64,000 nt of DNA, taken from assembly GCF_009914755.1 (NCBI RefSeq), contig NC_060925.1. One strand, 5' to 3'. The stretch is from the human T2T-CHM13v2.0 reference genome, Homo sapiens. The first letter of the stretch is position 1. Every line of letters starts with the position of its first letter. The notes below the pieces were generated by a model. The model was not told the DNA's origin, made no database searches, and saw nothing but the letters and a program-made list of their open reading frames with translations. The position numbers and the translations under genes are program-made. Positions 26,797-46,918 of this stretch are shown here, in pieces.

Positions 26797-27455
26797 TCAG
26801 CAAGAAACTGGTGTACACCTGCTCATAACCATATATGCAGAGGGGCAAGAATAAAGCAAAAACCCCACAACACTAGATAGTGAGGACTTACAATCCTTGC
26901 CCTCCCTTCTGCTCTGAGGAGGAAGGTCCCTGGCTGTGTCATCTTGGCCAGCACCCAAGGCTGGGCTGGGGTGGGGTGGATCAGGTGACTGTGGTCAGGG
27001 GAACAGCACAAAGCAGAAGTCAGGTGAGAGCCAGCTGGGCCAGAAAGATTGGTGGGAGAGGAGGAAGGAGAAACCACCTAGAACCAGTGTTGGGCCAGGA
27101 TAGAGAGACCGTGAGCAGGGTAGGTGACAGGGAGCGTGAGGGATGCACATAGAGGGCTCTGAGGCTGCCCAGCTGCCGTGGTGCAGTGTCGGTTCCCTTA
27201 AGTCTGACTTCATGCTTTTAGGCTTTGAGGCTCTGATTGGCATCACTTTGGAACGTGTGACTGAGAGGCTGGTGTTCAGGTTTCAGGCTTCCCTCCCTTT
27301 ACTCCCCACTCTGTTACTTTCCCCTCGGCCCATCCTTGTTTCCAGACATCGTGCCTACTCCTGTAGGGAATACAGGCCCTTCCAGCTGACAGGGAGCTTA
27401 GGAATGAGCTCATCCAGCCCCCTCATTTTTGTAGTTGCTTTGGTACTTTTGTCAC

Positions 27456-27752
27456 TTTTTTTTTTTTGAGACGGAATCTTGGTCTGTTGCCCAGGCTGGA
27501 GTGCAGTGACATGATCTTGGTTCACTGCAACCTCCACCTCCTGAGTGCAAGTGAGCCTCCTGCCTCAGCCTCCCAAGTAGCTGGTATTACAGGCACATGT
27601 CAGTCACCACACTCAGCTAATTTTTTCATGTTTAGTAGACATGGGGTTTTGCCACGTTGGCCCGGCTGGTCTCGAACTCCTGATCTCAAGTGATCCGCCC
27701 ACCTCAGTCTCCCAAAGTGCTGTGATTTCAGGCATGAGCCACACACCTGGCC
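27456..27752 (-). mobile_element. Alu
   Basis: full dimer, TSD tcacttttt. Confidence 0.95.
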
Positions 27753-28226
27753 AATCACTTTTTAAAACCTCCTTTTTGGGTGGGAGGACCAGGCTTGCTT
27801 CATCACTTTGAGAGAATTCTTAAGAAAGCTGTAGGTTATGTCACCCTTTGTTTTTCATCTTACAGAAGAAGGACTTCCTTTTCTTCAGTCCTTCCTCTTT
27901 ACTTCTTCAGAAAGCATGTGCCGATAGGGAGTGGAAAACATCCACACAGGAAAAAGGACGTCATTCTAGATTCCTGACTCCAGAGAGCTCTGGCCTGCCC
28001 CCGTCAGAGGGGACTGCAGCCAGTGCGAAACCGATCTCCAACCTGAGGTCAGCATCCTGGTCCCCAGGGTAGCTATGTTCCACAGGACACCACTGCCCCT
28101 CAGCAACAACCCCTTGCCATGTGGGTGGCTGTGCACGTGGACAGAGGGCCAATGGGACACCACGTAGCTGCAGCCAAGCCCTGATGGCCAGCCCCACCAC
28201 AGTCAAGACTCCCATCCCCATCATAT

Positions 28227-28320
28227 CATTCCTTTCTAGCCTGACATTCTAGAAGACATTCTTCTAGGCATTCCTTTCTAGCCTGACATTCTAGAAGAAG
28301 CCTGACATTCCAGAAAATTC
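28227..28320. repeat. Local tandem duplication, 30-bp unit x2 plus a partial third copy
   Basis: cattcctttctagcctgacattctagaaga at 28227 and 28269; agcctgacattccagaa at 28299. Confidence 0.9.
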
Positions 28321-28428
28321 AACAAGATTTAGACCCTGACCCCACCTTCATCTTCTTCCCTCCCTTTCTTGCCATCAGCTCAGGCTTGGCGCTTGGATAT
28401 TCTATTTATGGATTTGAATCTAACTTAC

Positions 28429-28472
28429 CTGAAGATCTCTGGGGTTTTCGGTCTGGGTGGAGGCTCAGCTGC
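28429..28472 (-). CDS. NCF2: NCF2 coding exon 7 (AAEPPPRPKTPEIFR)
   Basis: caatag acceptor, CAG|gtaagt donor, 44 nt. Confidence 0.94.
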
Positions 28473-28884
28473 CTATTGAACATTCAGGAGAAGTGAAAAC
28501 GGAAAAGGCAATGAGGGAAAGCAGGGGAGAGACAACAAACGGCTAATGGTAATTTGAGCATTCTTCCAGACCAGAAAATCAAATAACGCATTTCTGACTG
28601 ATGAGAACACTGTCTAGGAAGAGGGCACAGTCACCCTGACTAAACACTGGGAAATAACACCTCCCACCAGCTCCCCAGGTACAGGTTTCACTAGCACAGC
28701 AATTCATTTTGAGCCAGAGCTAGTTTCTGGAGGTTAGCAGTCACACAGCAACATGGTGTCACAAGAATGCTTTGACCTTGAGCTCTGTCCTTTTCCCAGG
28801 ACAGTTTCCAAAAGCTCTGTTCTGTAATTAATGTCTACTATGTCACATGACACTTCTGAGTATTTTTAAATTAATTTAAAAAAA

Positions 28885-29175
28885 ATTTTTTTTGAGATGG
28901 AGTTTCACTCTGTCGCCCAGGCTGGAGTGCAGTGGCGCGATCTTGGCTCACTGCAACCTCTGCCTCCCTCATTGAGGTGATTCTCCTGCCTCAGCCTCCC
29001 ATGTTGCTAGAATTACAGGCATGTGCCACCACACCCTGCTAATTTTTGTATTTTTAGTAGGGACAGGGGTTTCACCATGTTGGCCAGGCTGGTCTGGAAC
29101 TCCTGGCCTCAAGTGATCTGCTCACCTCAGCCTCCCAAAATGGTGGGATTATAGGCGTGAGCCACTGTGCCTGGC
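28885..29175 (-). mobile_element. Alu
   Basis: TSD cacttctgagtattt (28851 / 29176). Confidence 0.95.
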
Positions 29176-30066
29176 CACTTCTGAGTATTTAAAATTGACA
29201 CAGGATCCACTGACTGGGCAAGAATCTCCTCCCCTGTTCTACACTGAATACCATGGAATCCAGTTACCTGGGCTGCATTCCCCTCATGGCCTCTGGCTGA
29301 ACTGAAGCTCAAGGGACTTCAGCAAGGCTTTCATCAGCTTTATTGTGAAGAAAGAGATCAAGGAATCTAGATCTGGAACATACCTGCCCCTGCTCAGAAA
29401 ACCGCCCTCTGCTAGTGCTGACCAACACTCTTGCCCATCACAGGTTCATTGCCACAGAGTTCGTATTTTCCTTAATGTGTTTTCCCCTCTTTCCTTCACA
29501 AGGAAGCTCTGTGTGCATTTCTAGATCCACTATCATCCAGTTCATCTGAGCTCACCTCTCCAAGCCCAGCTTGGGCAGAAAAAGGGTTCACTCTCAGTGC
29601 GCTGCCTGTGTTCCCGAAGGAAACCCCTGCACATGAGCAGATGGGTAGAGCCAGGAGAGCCCAAACCTCAGGCCCAGGCCCCACAGGGTTCCCCACTTGC
29701 CCCTGTACTCAAGAAGAGGCTTTGTTAATAAGCCTTCCATAGCTTGTGTTTCAGCTTCCTGAGAGAATAGTTGAGGCTTCAGAGAGAGGATCAGCAGATC
29801 TCTTTAGAGATGTGAAGACCGGCATTTGTGGGGAAGCAGGAGAGTTAGCTTCAGAGGACTTGGGGTGAAGCCTGACACTGCCTTATTTCCTCACCAGCCA
29901 TGGAAACCAGGACTGAGAGAGGGCAGGCAGATCCCTCAGCTGCACTGAGGGCCACTTGAAGGAGCCCTTACAATCAGGCAACTCAGCACACATAGTCTCT
30001 CGAATTGAATGCTTCACAGAAAGCTCTCGAGACCTAGGTCCATGGAGAAGGTCAGGACTGCCTTAC

Positions 30067-30126
30067 CTGTGGTTGCAGAGGGGCAAACCCAGAGAAACTG
30101 TCTTGATCCACCACAGATGCCACGAC
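30067..30126 (-). CDS. NCF2: NCF2 coding exon 6 (VVASVVDQDSFSGFAPLQPQ), activation domain
   Basis: ttttag acceptor, CAG|gtaagg donor, 60 nt. Confidence 0.95.
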
Positions 30127-30361
30127 CTAAAATCAAGGACAGGAGGGTGTGAGGCTCTGCCAGCACTGTTTCCATTCTTCTGGGTCTCCCTCTTTGCTCA
30201 TGCCCTAGACCTGTTCTTACGTGAGCCTGGTTTCAGACGTGGACAGTAACTAAGGATTAGATTCCTGAGCCTCTGGATTAGGATTTCAGCAACTGAAGAA
30301 ACGAGCATTCACCCCACCCCTGCTAACACAGGCTTGCTTTCTTCTCTCTTAAAAAAGAAAT

Positions 30362-31310
<949 letters not shown>

Positions 31311-31447
31311 CTCACCCAGGCTTTCTTGACCTCTGCTGCTATGCTAGACCCAGCTACCCGACCACTGGGCAACTTTAGCCCTATGAATGTGTCAAGTCAA
31401 ATGTGGTTTTGGAAGGGCACTGCTGACTCACTTCAGACCATGTCTGA

Positions 31448-32149
<702 letters not shown>

Positions 32150-32387
32150 CCTCTCTTCACATTTAGTGAGCTCCTCATGGCTGTGTTTTCCCTCCATTGG
32201 CTCAGTCCCTAAGACTCAGCATCCTGTGAGTAACCCTGTGGCTCTCACCCAGGGTCGAGCTGGAAGGGAGAAATGGGAGCAGCTTGGAGAAAATAAACTA
32301 GACATGGTTGCCTATCTTTCAGCCAAACCTCTGTCCTATAAACAAGTCTCTCATTGCCATCCCAGGGACAGAGCCACAAGGAGGCTA

Positions 32388-32606
<219 letters not shown>

Positions 32607-33095
32607 TTATGTGAAAATGGGGGTGACGATGCTTGTCCTGCCTCCCTCAGTGAATAGATGCAAGAATTCATTGAGATAACCACATAGAAGCCCTTTTCCA
32701 AATGAGTGTTGTCATTCCTCTAGGGTGTTAAGGTAGGAACCCTTGGTTTCAATACCACCTTCTGCTGCGAGGCCACATGGACATTGCTGCTATTTGTTGC
32801 TATTCAGCACCCTCTTTTCCCAGAGGAACTGCTCCTCTCCCACTCTGTGTGCTGTCCGTGGGGTTCTCTCATGGTGTAGAGGGCACCACCACGACAAGGC
32901 TGGCCCGGGATCAAGCAAGGCTCATGACAGTGCTCCCTTGGATGGGTGTTTGCTGATGAGGATAGACATATAAAGACTGGCTTGAGTCCTCTTCTCTGTG
33001 TTTTAAAAATCAGATTTAAAGCTAGCCTTATTCACAAATATGCTTGAACGATAAATAGTTTTTATCACTCATTCACAAAATCAAAACATATTTTA

Positions 33096-33442
<347 letters not shown>

Positions 33443-33773
33443 TCAGTGGTGATCAAGCAGACATGGACTCTGCCCTCTCAGTGCTTAGAGTCTGTGCAGC
33501 ACTGCTCCAGCATCCAATATCCTGTTCTCCTGCATTGCCAAGGAGCCCCACTCCAAGGGTGGTGTGATGCCAGGGCTCTGCCATCCCATACTCTAGGCCT
33601 CAGCTTCTCAGCACAGATTCAAGATCTTAAGTGGAACTATACCCTAAGATCAGTGTTACCCAGACTCACAGAAAGTAAAAGCACCACTTTTATGGCTTCT
33701 CAATGGCATGTCCTCTGAGACAAATGAGAATCCAGTGACATCCTCTCAACACCTGCATCACCAATACGCTTAC

Positions 33774-33908
33774 CCAGACACACTCCATCGCCTTGTCGAT
33801 TTTGGAATGTCTGGGCTCAGACTTCATGCTCGTGGCCAATGCTAACTGTTCTTCAGCTTTTTTCCATTCCTCCTTCTTGGCATACATGAAAGCAATGTTA
33901 TATAACAC
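33774..33908 (-). CDS. NCF2: NCF2 coding exon 4 ([15 protein letters not shown]...AMECVW), TPR
   Basis: ORF 33690..33908; ttttctag acceptor, TGG|gtaagc donor, 135 nt. Confidence 0.97.
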
Positions 33909-34474
33909 CTAGAAAAGTACAGACCGCAACATAAAACTTGAGACTACTCCAAATCAAGGTGCCAGGGAAAGGCTCACACGTATACTCTGAGAATGTTGCC
34001 TGGTAGCCTTTCTCCCTTTCTCAGCTCTCCTGGGAATATCTAAAATATAGTGCAATTAGTCTTGCTATTGAGTTATGTCAAACACAAACATGGTGTTAAG
34101 AAAACACCATGGAATGCGTAAATGCAACATCATTTGTACTCTTCCAACAACGAAATAGGTCAGGAAGGGACAAGAATTATTGTATACAGTGTGTTCAAAC
34201 CAGGTTAAAAAAAAGAAGAAGAATTGTTGTGTTGTTTTAGTATGAGTTGCTTTAGTAAAAGAGTGACTTGCTCAAGGCCCCTTCTAGAGGCAGACACAGG
34301 GTTGGGAATAAAATACAGGTGTGTGGTCTTCCAGTCCACCTCCTGCCACTGTACCTAGGCTGAAACACTGGACAGGTACAGAGCCGGAAGATGGATCAAG
34401 ATGCAACCTCCTGTACCAGCACCAGCAGAACCTGGCCCAGACCATGTGAGTAACAAGACTAATGTAGCAACACA

Positions 34475-34695
34475 GGCCAGGCGCAGTGGCTCATGCCTGT
34501 AATCCCAGCACTTTGGGAGGCCAAGGCGGGTGAATCACTTGAGGTCAGGAGTTTGAGATCAGCCTGGCCAACATGGAGAAACCCTGTCTCTACTAAAAAT
34601 ACAAAAATTAGCTGGGCATGGTGGCAGGCACCTGTAATCTCAGCTACTTGGAGGCTGAAGCAGGAGAATTGCTTGAACCCAGAAGACAGAGGTTA
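34475..34695 (+). mobile_element. Alu, 3'-truncated
   Basis: Alu body stops after gaacccagaagacagaggtt. Confidence 0.92.
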
Positions 34696-36537
34696 GCACA
34701 GAAGCCAGGGGCACCTTCACCTCAGGTGGGGGGGGAATGGTAAATGCAACAGTGTCATACTTTTCCAGGTCTTGAGTTGGGCTGTGGTTCTTGAGTGTCT
34801 ATTTTACTATTGTGCTTCACAATTTACACACAGAATCAAATAATCATTTGGATGCATTACCAAGATCTAAAAAATGGCCCGACTGAAATAAATTTTTTAA
34901 ATAGGATATTATGGAAATTAGGGGGTGTGACATTTGAGGCTAGATTATAAAAGACATTGACACTGTCTTGCTCTTGGGTCACTTGCTCTCAGAGACGCCA
35001 GCTGCCATGTCATGACAAGACTTAGGCAGCCCTAGAGAGAAGTTCATGTAGCGAAGAACTGAGGCCTCCTGCCAACAATGACGTGAACTTGCCAAACTCA
35101 GACAGGTGGAAGGATTGATGTTTCTGTGGCATTAGTGGCTGGTGCTGAATGGTGGGGGCCAGGATCAACCCCGGAAGTGGAAATCTGGACTCCTTTCAGT
35201 CCTATTTCTGAGATTCAATGAGCTACTGCCTTCTGAATTCGTTGGCTTCTCCAGCCCACTCCTGACCTTGTGTGCAGAAAGAAAGAACTCAGATCGTTTA
35301 AAATTTCCTATTTGGTTCTCAGCCACCTTCTCTTAAGACATTTCTCTACAATCAGTTTTTATGAACTAATGATGAGAAAAACCTTGACACTCTTCAAAAA
35401 TAATGATGTGATTCTCAGAAGCCAGGGTCATACCACATCAGGAAGAGAAGGATTATAAGTAGGGAAATGACTGGAAGGTCCCATGTGACAAAGAGGGCCT
35501 TAGACCCTGAAAAGTTCAGCTTTACTTGCAGAGAGGGCCACTCAGCCAGTATTTTCTGTCCTCTCAGGGCCATTTTAACCCCAACTCCAGGGGAAACATT
35601 CCTCCCATGGAACTGTACTTTGATGCTGCTGTGACATAATCCTTTTTCTAGAGCCACTTGTCCCCCAACTTTCTAATCTGTATAAGTGGCTGTCATTGGC
35701 TTATTAGCAATGTCTGGAGGGATTTTAGGTTGTCACATTGGGTGGGGAGTGGTGATGGCAGTGCTAGTAGCATCTAAAAGCTAGAGATGCCGTCAAAGTT
35801 CCCACGATGCGCAGGACGCACCACAACCCCTCTCTCGCCTCTGCTACAATACAAGATTGTCTGGTCCAACATATTAACAGAGCTACAGCTGAGAAACCTT
35901 ACTCGAGAAGTTGGTCGAATGGCAGCCAATTCCAACTGCAAAGCCCCATCTTCTCAGACTGTGAGACGTGAAGTTAGTTGCTAGCCTGCTGCAGGGTTGG
36001 GATGGGGCCATATGTCCCCAGGGGCCGAGGGCGGCTACAGACTCTATTATTAGCCCTGAGCGACCCTGGGAACACTTGACTTCTTGTGCCTGAGAAACTA
36101 AAGCAAGGGGACTTTTGTCAGTGATTTTTCTAAAGAAAGGTCTTTGACATTTACAGGAATTTTGGTTTTCAAAACTGCTAGTATATATTTGGAAGTGGGA
36201 GGGGTGGGAAGGGCCAACCGGAAAAAGTAAATGAACCTGCAAAGTCAAAGCCAGTCATGTCTCTCCCTTTTGATAATAGAGAAAAGAAGTTGTTTTGCAG
36301 AAACCTTTACCTAAATATGTGCCTTGAGCTGTTCTTTGAGCAAGAGGGGACAGATTTATGCCAAATTATCCTCAGTCTCTCTTTAGGTATCAATCAAGTA
36401 CATGGGGTAAGAACCATGGATAGTAAAGAGTGTGGTCTATAAACTTGGGAACTGAGCAAGCTTCTGGCAGGTCCTGCACGGACAATGAACTCATGATTTT
36501 GGATTTGCTAGCAAAATGCTGAACAAATAGCTTGTCA

Positions 36538-37107
<570 letters not shown>

Positions 37108-37520
37108 TCAGTTCCTTTTGACCTGTTCTAGTTTTCAGCAACCCTGAGTCCAAGTATTCTATACAACTCCTTGGGAATGGTGTTCCCCCCAGGGCTGTGC
37201 CTCAAAGCAACCCTGAGTGCCTCGTCTTGGACAGTCACAGGGAGTTTCTTCTCTATTGACTGCATACAACTGTCACCTTTCTGACAACCTGACTTGTCGC
37301 TTTCCGATGCAGCTCTCATTCTCTCTTGAGAGCTCCAAGCAGAGCCAGCACCTGCCCCCTGCCTGTGTCCCTGCAGAGTGTTCAGAGCTGATTTGGAATA
37401 CTGCTCACTCCTGGCTCCCACCATCAGGCCAGGCCAGCCTGGCACAGCTTGGAGGGGCCCCTTCTTATAGCTGCCACCATCACCCTCCTGCCCACTGCCT
37501 TCGCCCATGGCTTCTTTTGA

Positions 37521-37954
<434 letters not shown>

Positions 37955-38732
37955 CCAGATAGTTTTTCTAATGCTGCTCCCACTGCCTTGTGCTGCTGGA
38001 TTGGCGTGGAGCTGACTGGCTCGAGGTATACCAGGGCTGCTGTCCTGGGACTTGTAGCAGAGAATGGGAGCTGACCACATCAATAGGGCCCACAGGCATG
38101 TAGGTGGGACCTGGACACACACTTCTGAGGATGCTGGCCCAGGCCTTGACCATGGGCTCCACAGAGGCCCTGGTGGGAGGGAGCCATTGCTGGGCTATAG
38201 GGGGTGGGAGCAGCAGGCATAAGCTACGCCAGCCTCACTCCACTCAGTCCCCTGACCTGGCAGGAACAAATTTGGCTGCCTGGTTGTGGCTCACACCTGG
38301 GCAACTGGACTGTAAGTCTGTAAGTCCCTAGGCCACCATCTGACCCAGAGCTACCAACCCGGCTTCTCTTGGAGATAAGCCTGGAATGTGGACACAGGCT
38401 GGCAGGAATCCTCAAGAGGCAGTGTGATGTAGTAAAGGGGCCAGGAGCCAGAGTCCAGATCCAACAGCTCTGCCACTAACTGGGGGACCCTAGCAAGTCA
38501 CTTTCCTGGCCTGAAGTTCCACACCAATATTATGGCAGCATATTGTATACAGGGACATATTATATGCAAAGAATGTATCATATAGGGAGCTTGCCAGCAT
38601 ATGGATCCCACTTCTGGAGTCAAAACCACCTGGTTTGAGTCTTGGCTCTGTCACTTACTATCTGGTGAGAAACGGCAAGTTACCTAGCTTCCCTAAGTCT
38701 GTTTCCCCATCTTTAGAATAAGAGAATAATAA

Positions 38733-39143
<411 letters not shown>

Positions 39144-39968
39144 TTACTATTGTTTTTGTTGTTTTATTTTCTTTAGCTCTAACACTCTACCAATTAATCC
39201 ATACATCAGCCACTTATTACGTGTTTACTTAAAGCTCCGTGCCATATAAGCTATTATCAGGATATTTTAAAAATACATGGCATAGAAGCTGGAACTCTGA
39301 TCTCATGGAAGTTTAGAGCTGAGCACAAGGGCTGGTTGGCCAAGAGAGTCATAAGGAACGGGTGCCAGTGTGGCTGGGGGAGAAGCCATCACCATTAGGG
39401 TTGAGGTAAGTCACACATGGTAGCAGTGGCTATGCGGGAAATAAAAGAAGAGAGCTTGGGTTTGAAATAGGAGGATGGCTTTCTCTAGTATCCCTGTTAA
39501 TAAAGATGGTTGTAAAACCTACTAAATGCATGCAGGCCATTCTTTAAGTAGCAATGGGGCCTTTCATGTCTTTTCCACGCATCTTTCTGGGTTCCTGGAA
39601 AGAGGAAGAAGGTACCCAGAAGTACGCCAGAAATCAGGTTCCGCTTTCTAAGCCAGAAGGTGGGGTAACTAGCTTCAATTCACTGAGCCTCTTCCATCGC
39701 GAAGAGGACAGGCAGAAGCAGAGGTTTCCTGTTTCCTGGCAGCTGCAATTTCCACTGTGTTCTATTGCCTGTTTGGGAGCTCGCTGAAGGTCTCAGAGGG
39801 CACACACTTTAACTGCCGTCAGCATCAACCTACCAACGTGCCTTCCTCCCTGCTGAGTTGGCTAAGCAGATGGATTTCAGCTGGGAAGTGACACCACCTG
39901 GGTCTATCTGGCATTGCATGAGCCCAGCAAAATCCTCCTAATAATTCCCTAGCCCATCAAGATGTCTA

Positions 39969-41256
<1,288 letters not shown>

Positions 41257-42317
41257 AACTAAGTGTCGTTTTTAAACATGTCTCTGAAAGCACCGGCCTG
41301 CTTCCCAGCCCCCTCGCTCCCTGCTGCAGGCCTCTTTTCGGCCTCTCCACTTGTTTACCCAGAGCTGCAGCCCTGAAGGGGGTTCCGCTTTGACACACAG
41401 CTCTTTTCCCATTACACAGGTTCGCAATAATCTCAGTATGAGAATCCCAAAATAGCATTCAGCGCTGTGTGCCAGTGGGCCGTGCTGCGGCAGCCCCCGC
41501 CTCCCTCTAGCCCTTCTTCAGCGGTTCTCTTCGTGGCCATTTGGAAGCATCCCCCAGGAGGCAGCCAAGGTGCTGGCAGCTTCCTGCAGGGCTCTGCTGG
41601 GCTGGGCATGGGTGCTTTCTTCACACCCACACTTCAGTGACACCCCTTGGGGCGCCTTGGCTGCACTGGACCCAAAGCCCCTCCCCTCCCAGGCAGGGGA
41701 TCCACCAGCTGAAGCAGCAACCTTGCCATAGCTTTTCACAAGCTCCAGGCTTGAGAGAGTTTATAATCCCCATTTCTGTAATACTCCTGGGAGGTTTCTT
41801 AGTAACCTGCTTGTTCCCATGCTGCCAGTGCCCCATGCGTCCAGAGTCCACAGCTCATACACCTGCACCCAGGACAATGGAATCTCAGCAAGCTGAAAGA
41901 AGTCAAAACTTCAGACATCTTTGGGATGCTGCAGTGGCTGCTGTGACAGAGGTTTGGGCCCACTCCCTTTCCTGTTTCCAAGTCAGCAGGAAGAAGGCTT
42001 TGCTATGGAGCCTCTTTAAGCCAGCTCCATGGAATGGGTCTCACCCTTATTGTCATGCCCTAAGATTCATAAGGCACAGGATCTGAAAGACAGCTTCGAG
42101 CCCCTGTGCCTTTCAGATGACAACGCTGGGGCTAGAGAGGCGAGACAGCTTGGCTGTTATCCCTGAGACTCTGCTTGCCTTTTCAGAAATGTGCTCTAAC
42201 TTTGTTCTGTTGGAACTTTATAATGACGGAAGAGCAACACAAAAACATAACGAAAGTGGGGAAAATAGAGGGAAATAGAGGGGGAAAAACCTCCATCCAT
42301 AACATTATCAGCCTTAA

Positions 42318-42644
<327 letters not shown>

Positions 42645-42844
42645 AATCTGAGGGAATTTCTGTCCCACACATTAAGAAGTAGTTTCTCTAGCCCCCATCC
42701 CGCTTACTTAAAACTACCTCTTACAGCAGTTACCCACTTCTGCCTTGCATTACAGTTACTGGTGTTCTTGACTTGTTTCCCCTTTTTAATTTATAAGTTC
42801 CTTGAAACGGAGACTATATTTTGCTCACTTTTATTTAATCCAAC

Positions 42845-43365
42845 ACTCATTTATTGAGTAACTACTATGCTAGATACTGAAATACAAGCATGAGTAAGTA
42901 AAGATTTCTTACGAAATTCGTAGAGTAGTGGAGAAGACAAATATATACAGGAAGCAAATATCTGTCACGGGCCAGACATATTACAAAAGGAGGCTCAAAA
43001 GAGGGAGCAGACGCTGCCTTAGTGGTTGGGCATGGCTGGGGCAAAGGCACGGAGGATGCATGAGTGGGTGGCAGCAGCTGGACCACATAGGAACAGGCAA
43101 GGGAATTTGGCCTTTATCTTGCAGTCATGGAAGCCACTGGAAGTTCTCACAGAGATTGCTTTTTTTAAATTTTTTTTTATTTTACAAGATCACTCTGGAA
43201 TATGAATGGAGGGGACAAGAGCAGTGGCTGGAAAATCAGTTTGGAAGTGACTGCAGTAGTCCTGGTGAAAAATGAGGGTCTCAACCAAGGCAGTGCTAGT
43301 GGGGATGGAGAGAAATAGGTGGATTTAAGAAATATTTAAGAGGTCAACCTGATGAGGTTTAGGGA
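42845..43365 (-). mobile_element. L2 fragment
   Basis: catttattgagtaactactatgct... and gatcactctgg...gcagtgctagtggggatggagagaa. Confidence 0.65.
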
Positions 43366-44633
43366 AAGAGACATTCCCTGGATGGATCTCAGGTACAGAT
43401 TCTGTGAGAAATGGAGGCCAGCCATATGGGAGAGGGTGGCCTTGCCCAGGAATGGATCCTCAAGGTTCACATACGGACTTCATATCTATAGCCCCTGAAT
43501 TGTACATAAACGAATGTGTGTGCTTGAAAGTGTATTTCTGGAAACACATTTTGCCATTTAACAACCACTGCTGCAGTTGTAAAAGGGAAAAGGGTCAAGA
43601 ACAGAACTTCAAAGGGAATACCAACACCTAGGGAATTGCGCAAGAGGGCCTGCTTGAGGTTGAGATTAGTGCCTCATTTGTATAATTTCCTCATTGTTGA
43701 ATTACAGATAAAACTCGGTAGATTTTTCTCTCAGGTGTAACTATTAATATTACCAATCACAGATTAATTGAATCCTGGGTCTTACTTTTAGAAGTTTCCA
43801 AGATCTTTCTAATCACTCAAAACCGTGGCCTTCCAGATCCTGGGACTCACGGGCATTTTTTGGAGGAAATTCTTTCTGGGAGCCTTCACTCTTTTGCCAG
43901 TTGTATCTCTTCTTTATAGACTATTAGAGGTCACTAAGGAATGACCTTAGAGTTTGCGTTTTGAGATTTAAGATCGGCTGAAGGATTTGTTGTTAGGCCT
44001 CCCTGCATATTCTATAGTCTGGAGACGGGGTAAGGGGGAGTGAGAAAGAGAAGGATGTTAAGAGCGGGGACAGGCAGTTAGAGGCAAGACGTCGGTCAAG
44101 ATAAACACCTGCTGTACCAAAATATCTCATGTGTCCCATAAATATATACACCTACTGCATACCCACAAACATTAAAATAAAAAATTAAAATTAAAAAAAG
44201 AATTTCTAAGTCACAATAAATATGTCACACTAAATATGGGGGGAAGAGAGAGCTAAATGCCTGGATATCTTCTCCCAATCCCAGGCTCTCTTTCTCCCCA
44301 GATTGCCATTGTGTCTGTGGTTTTTCTTTTAGAAAAGACTTCACTTCTACTTTCACTTCTTCAGGTAACTAACTGCATCTACATCTTTAAGGTCCTTTGA
44401 GCATCTTGTGGTTGCCCTTAGCAACAGCTGCATACATGGGTTTTACAGGCTCTGTTTCTGACCAAACCATAGGATCAAAGCCTTTCAGGGTGGCACAGGA
44501 TCAGAGCCCAGCCCTCTCTCTGATGTCTGGACATTGTCTACAACCTCCCTGCTGCTCCATCCACGCCCGGCCTCACCCTCACCCCACCCACACCATGCAC
44601 AGATCATTTTCACTGTCAGAAAGTTCTTTATTA

Positions 44634-44991
<358 letters not shown>

Positions 44992-45257
44992 CTACAAAGG
45001 GTCAGTTTCCCATGCCCCAAAACATTTGAAATTATCACTTAGAATTTTTTTCCTTTGTTATTTGTTATGAGGTATTTGTGCAGGATGAGAGGGAGGAGGA
45101 ATTGAGATTAACTTTCATTTTGAATTTATTAATCTTTGTACTAATTATTCCATGTTGACTATAAACAAACCTAAAAATGCAGACAGGGTGATAGAAGAAA
45201 ATGGATTTTCCTATAATCCCACCATCCAGAGAGAATTATTGATAACATTTTGATCTA

Positions 45258-45647
<390 letters not shown>

Positions 45648-46183
45648 CTACTGCAAACTTTTTCTGTATAAGTGCATACGCTACTTACTTATCTGTAGTA
45701 ATTTATTCTTATACATATAATGTTAATTTGTATTATCATTTTTGCAGCTGAAGTATATTTCCTCAAATGGATTAAACCAGGTTTTGGAAATGCATTTTGC
45801 TGGGATGAAGCCAGGTTTTGATGCAGTTTCATGATCATCCCCATTCTGTGACAGCTCAGTACCTCATAGGAGACCTACATGGGTGACCCCATCAGGGACA
45901 CTGGTGGGGTGCCACACCAGCTGAGTATCAGGCCCATGGTGGTTACCTAGGCTCATTGTGCCTATGACACAGCTGATTTATAATCTGGTGGCAGACCTGC
46001 CTTGCCTCCCCAGTGAGAGCTTCTGCCTCACCTGCTGATTTATTGCATAACTGTCCCCAGAAGGGCCAGTCACATTTCCCAACAGAGGTTGGGAAGGTAC
46101 TGCTCAAACACCAAGCCCGCAACACTGAGACCCCTTGGGTTTCTCTCTGAAATCCTCCAGTTGGTGCAACATTGAACCACTTA

Positions 46184-46345
<162 letters not shown>

Positions 46346-46445
46346 CTAGCTCCCTGTGGTGCCCAGCTCTGCTGTCTGCCCTCGTCGGCACCTCGAGGCC
46401 CACCCTGTGCTCTCACGGTGCACCCCACTTCGCTCTCACATTTAG

Positions 46446-46918
<473 letters not shown>

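Noticed and set aside
28227-28320. CRISPR-like repeat-spacer appearance
   Set aside because: Human intron, only two full units, spacer is itself derived from the unit; simple local duplication
41541-42086. 181-aa ORF in an NCF2 intron
   Set aside because: Starts at TTG, no recognisable domain, expected by chance in GC-rich DNA
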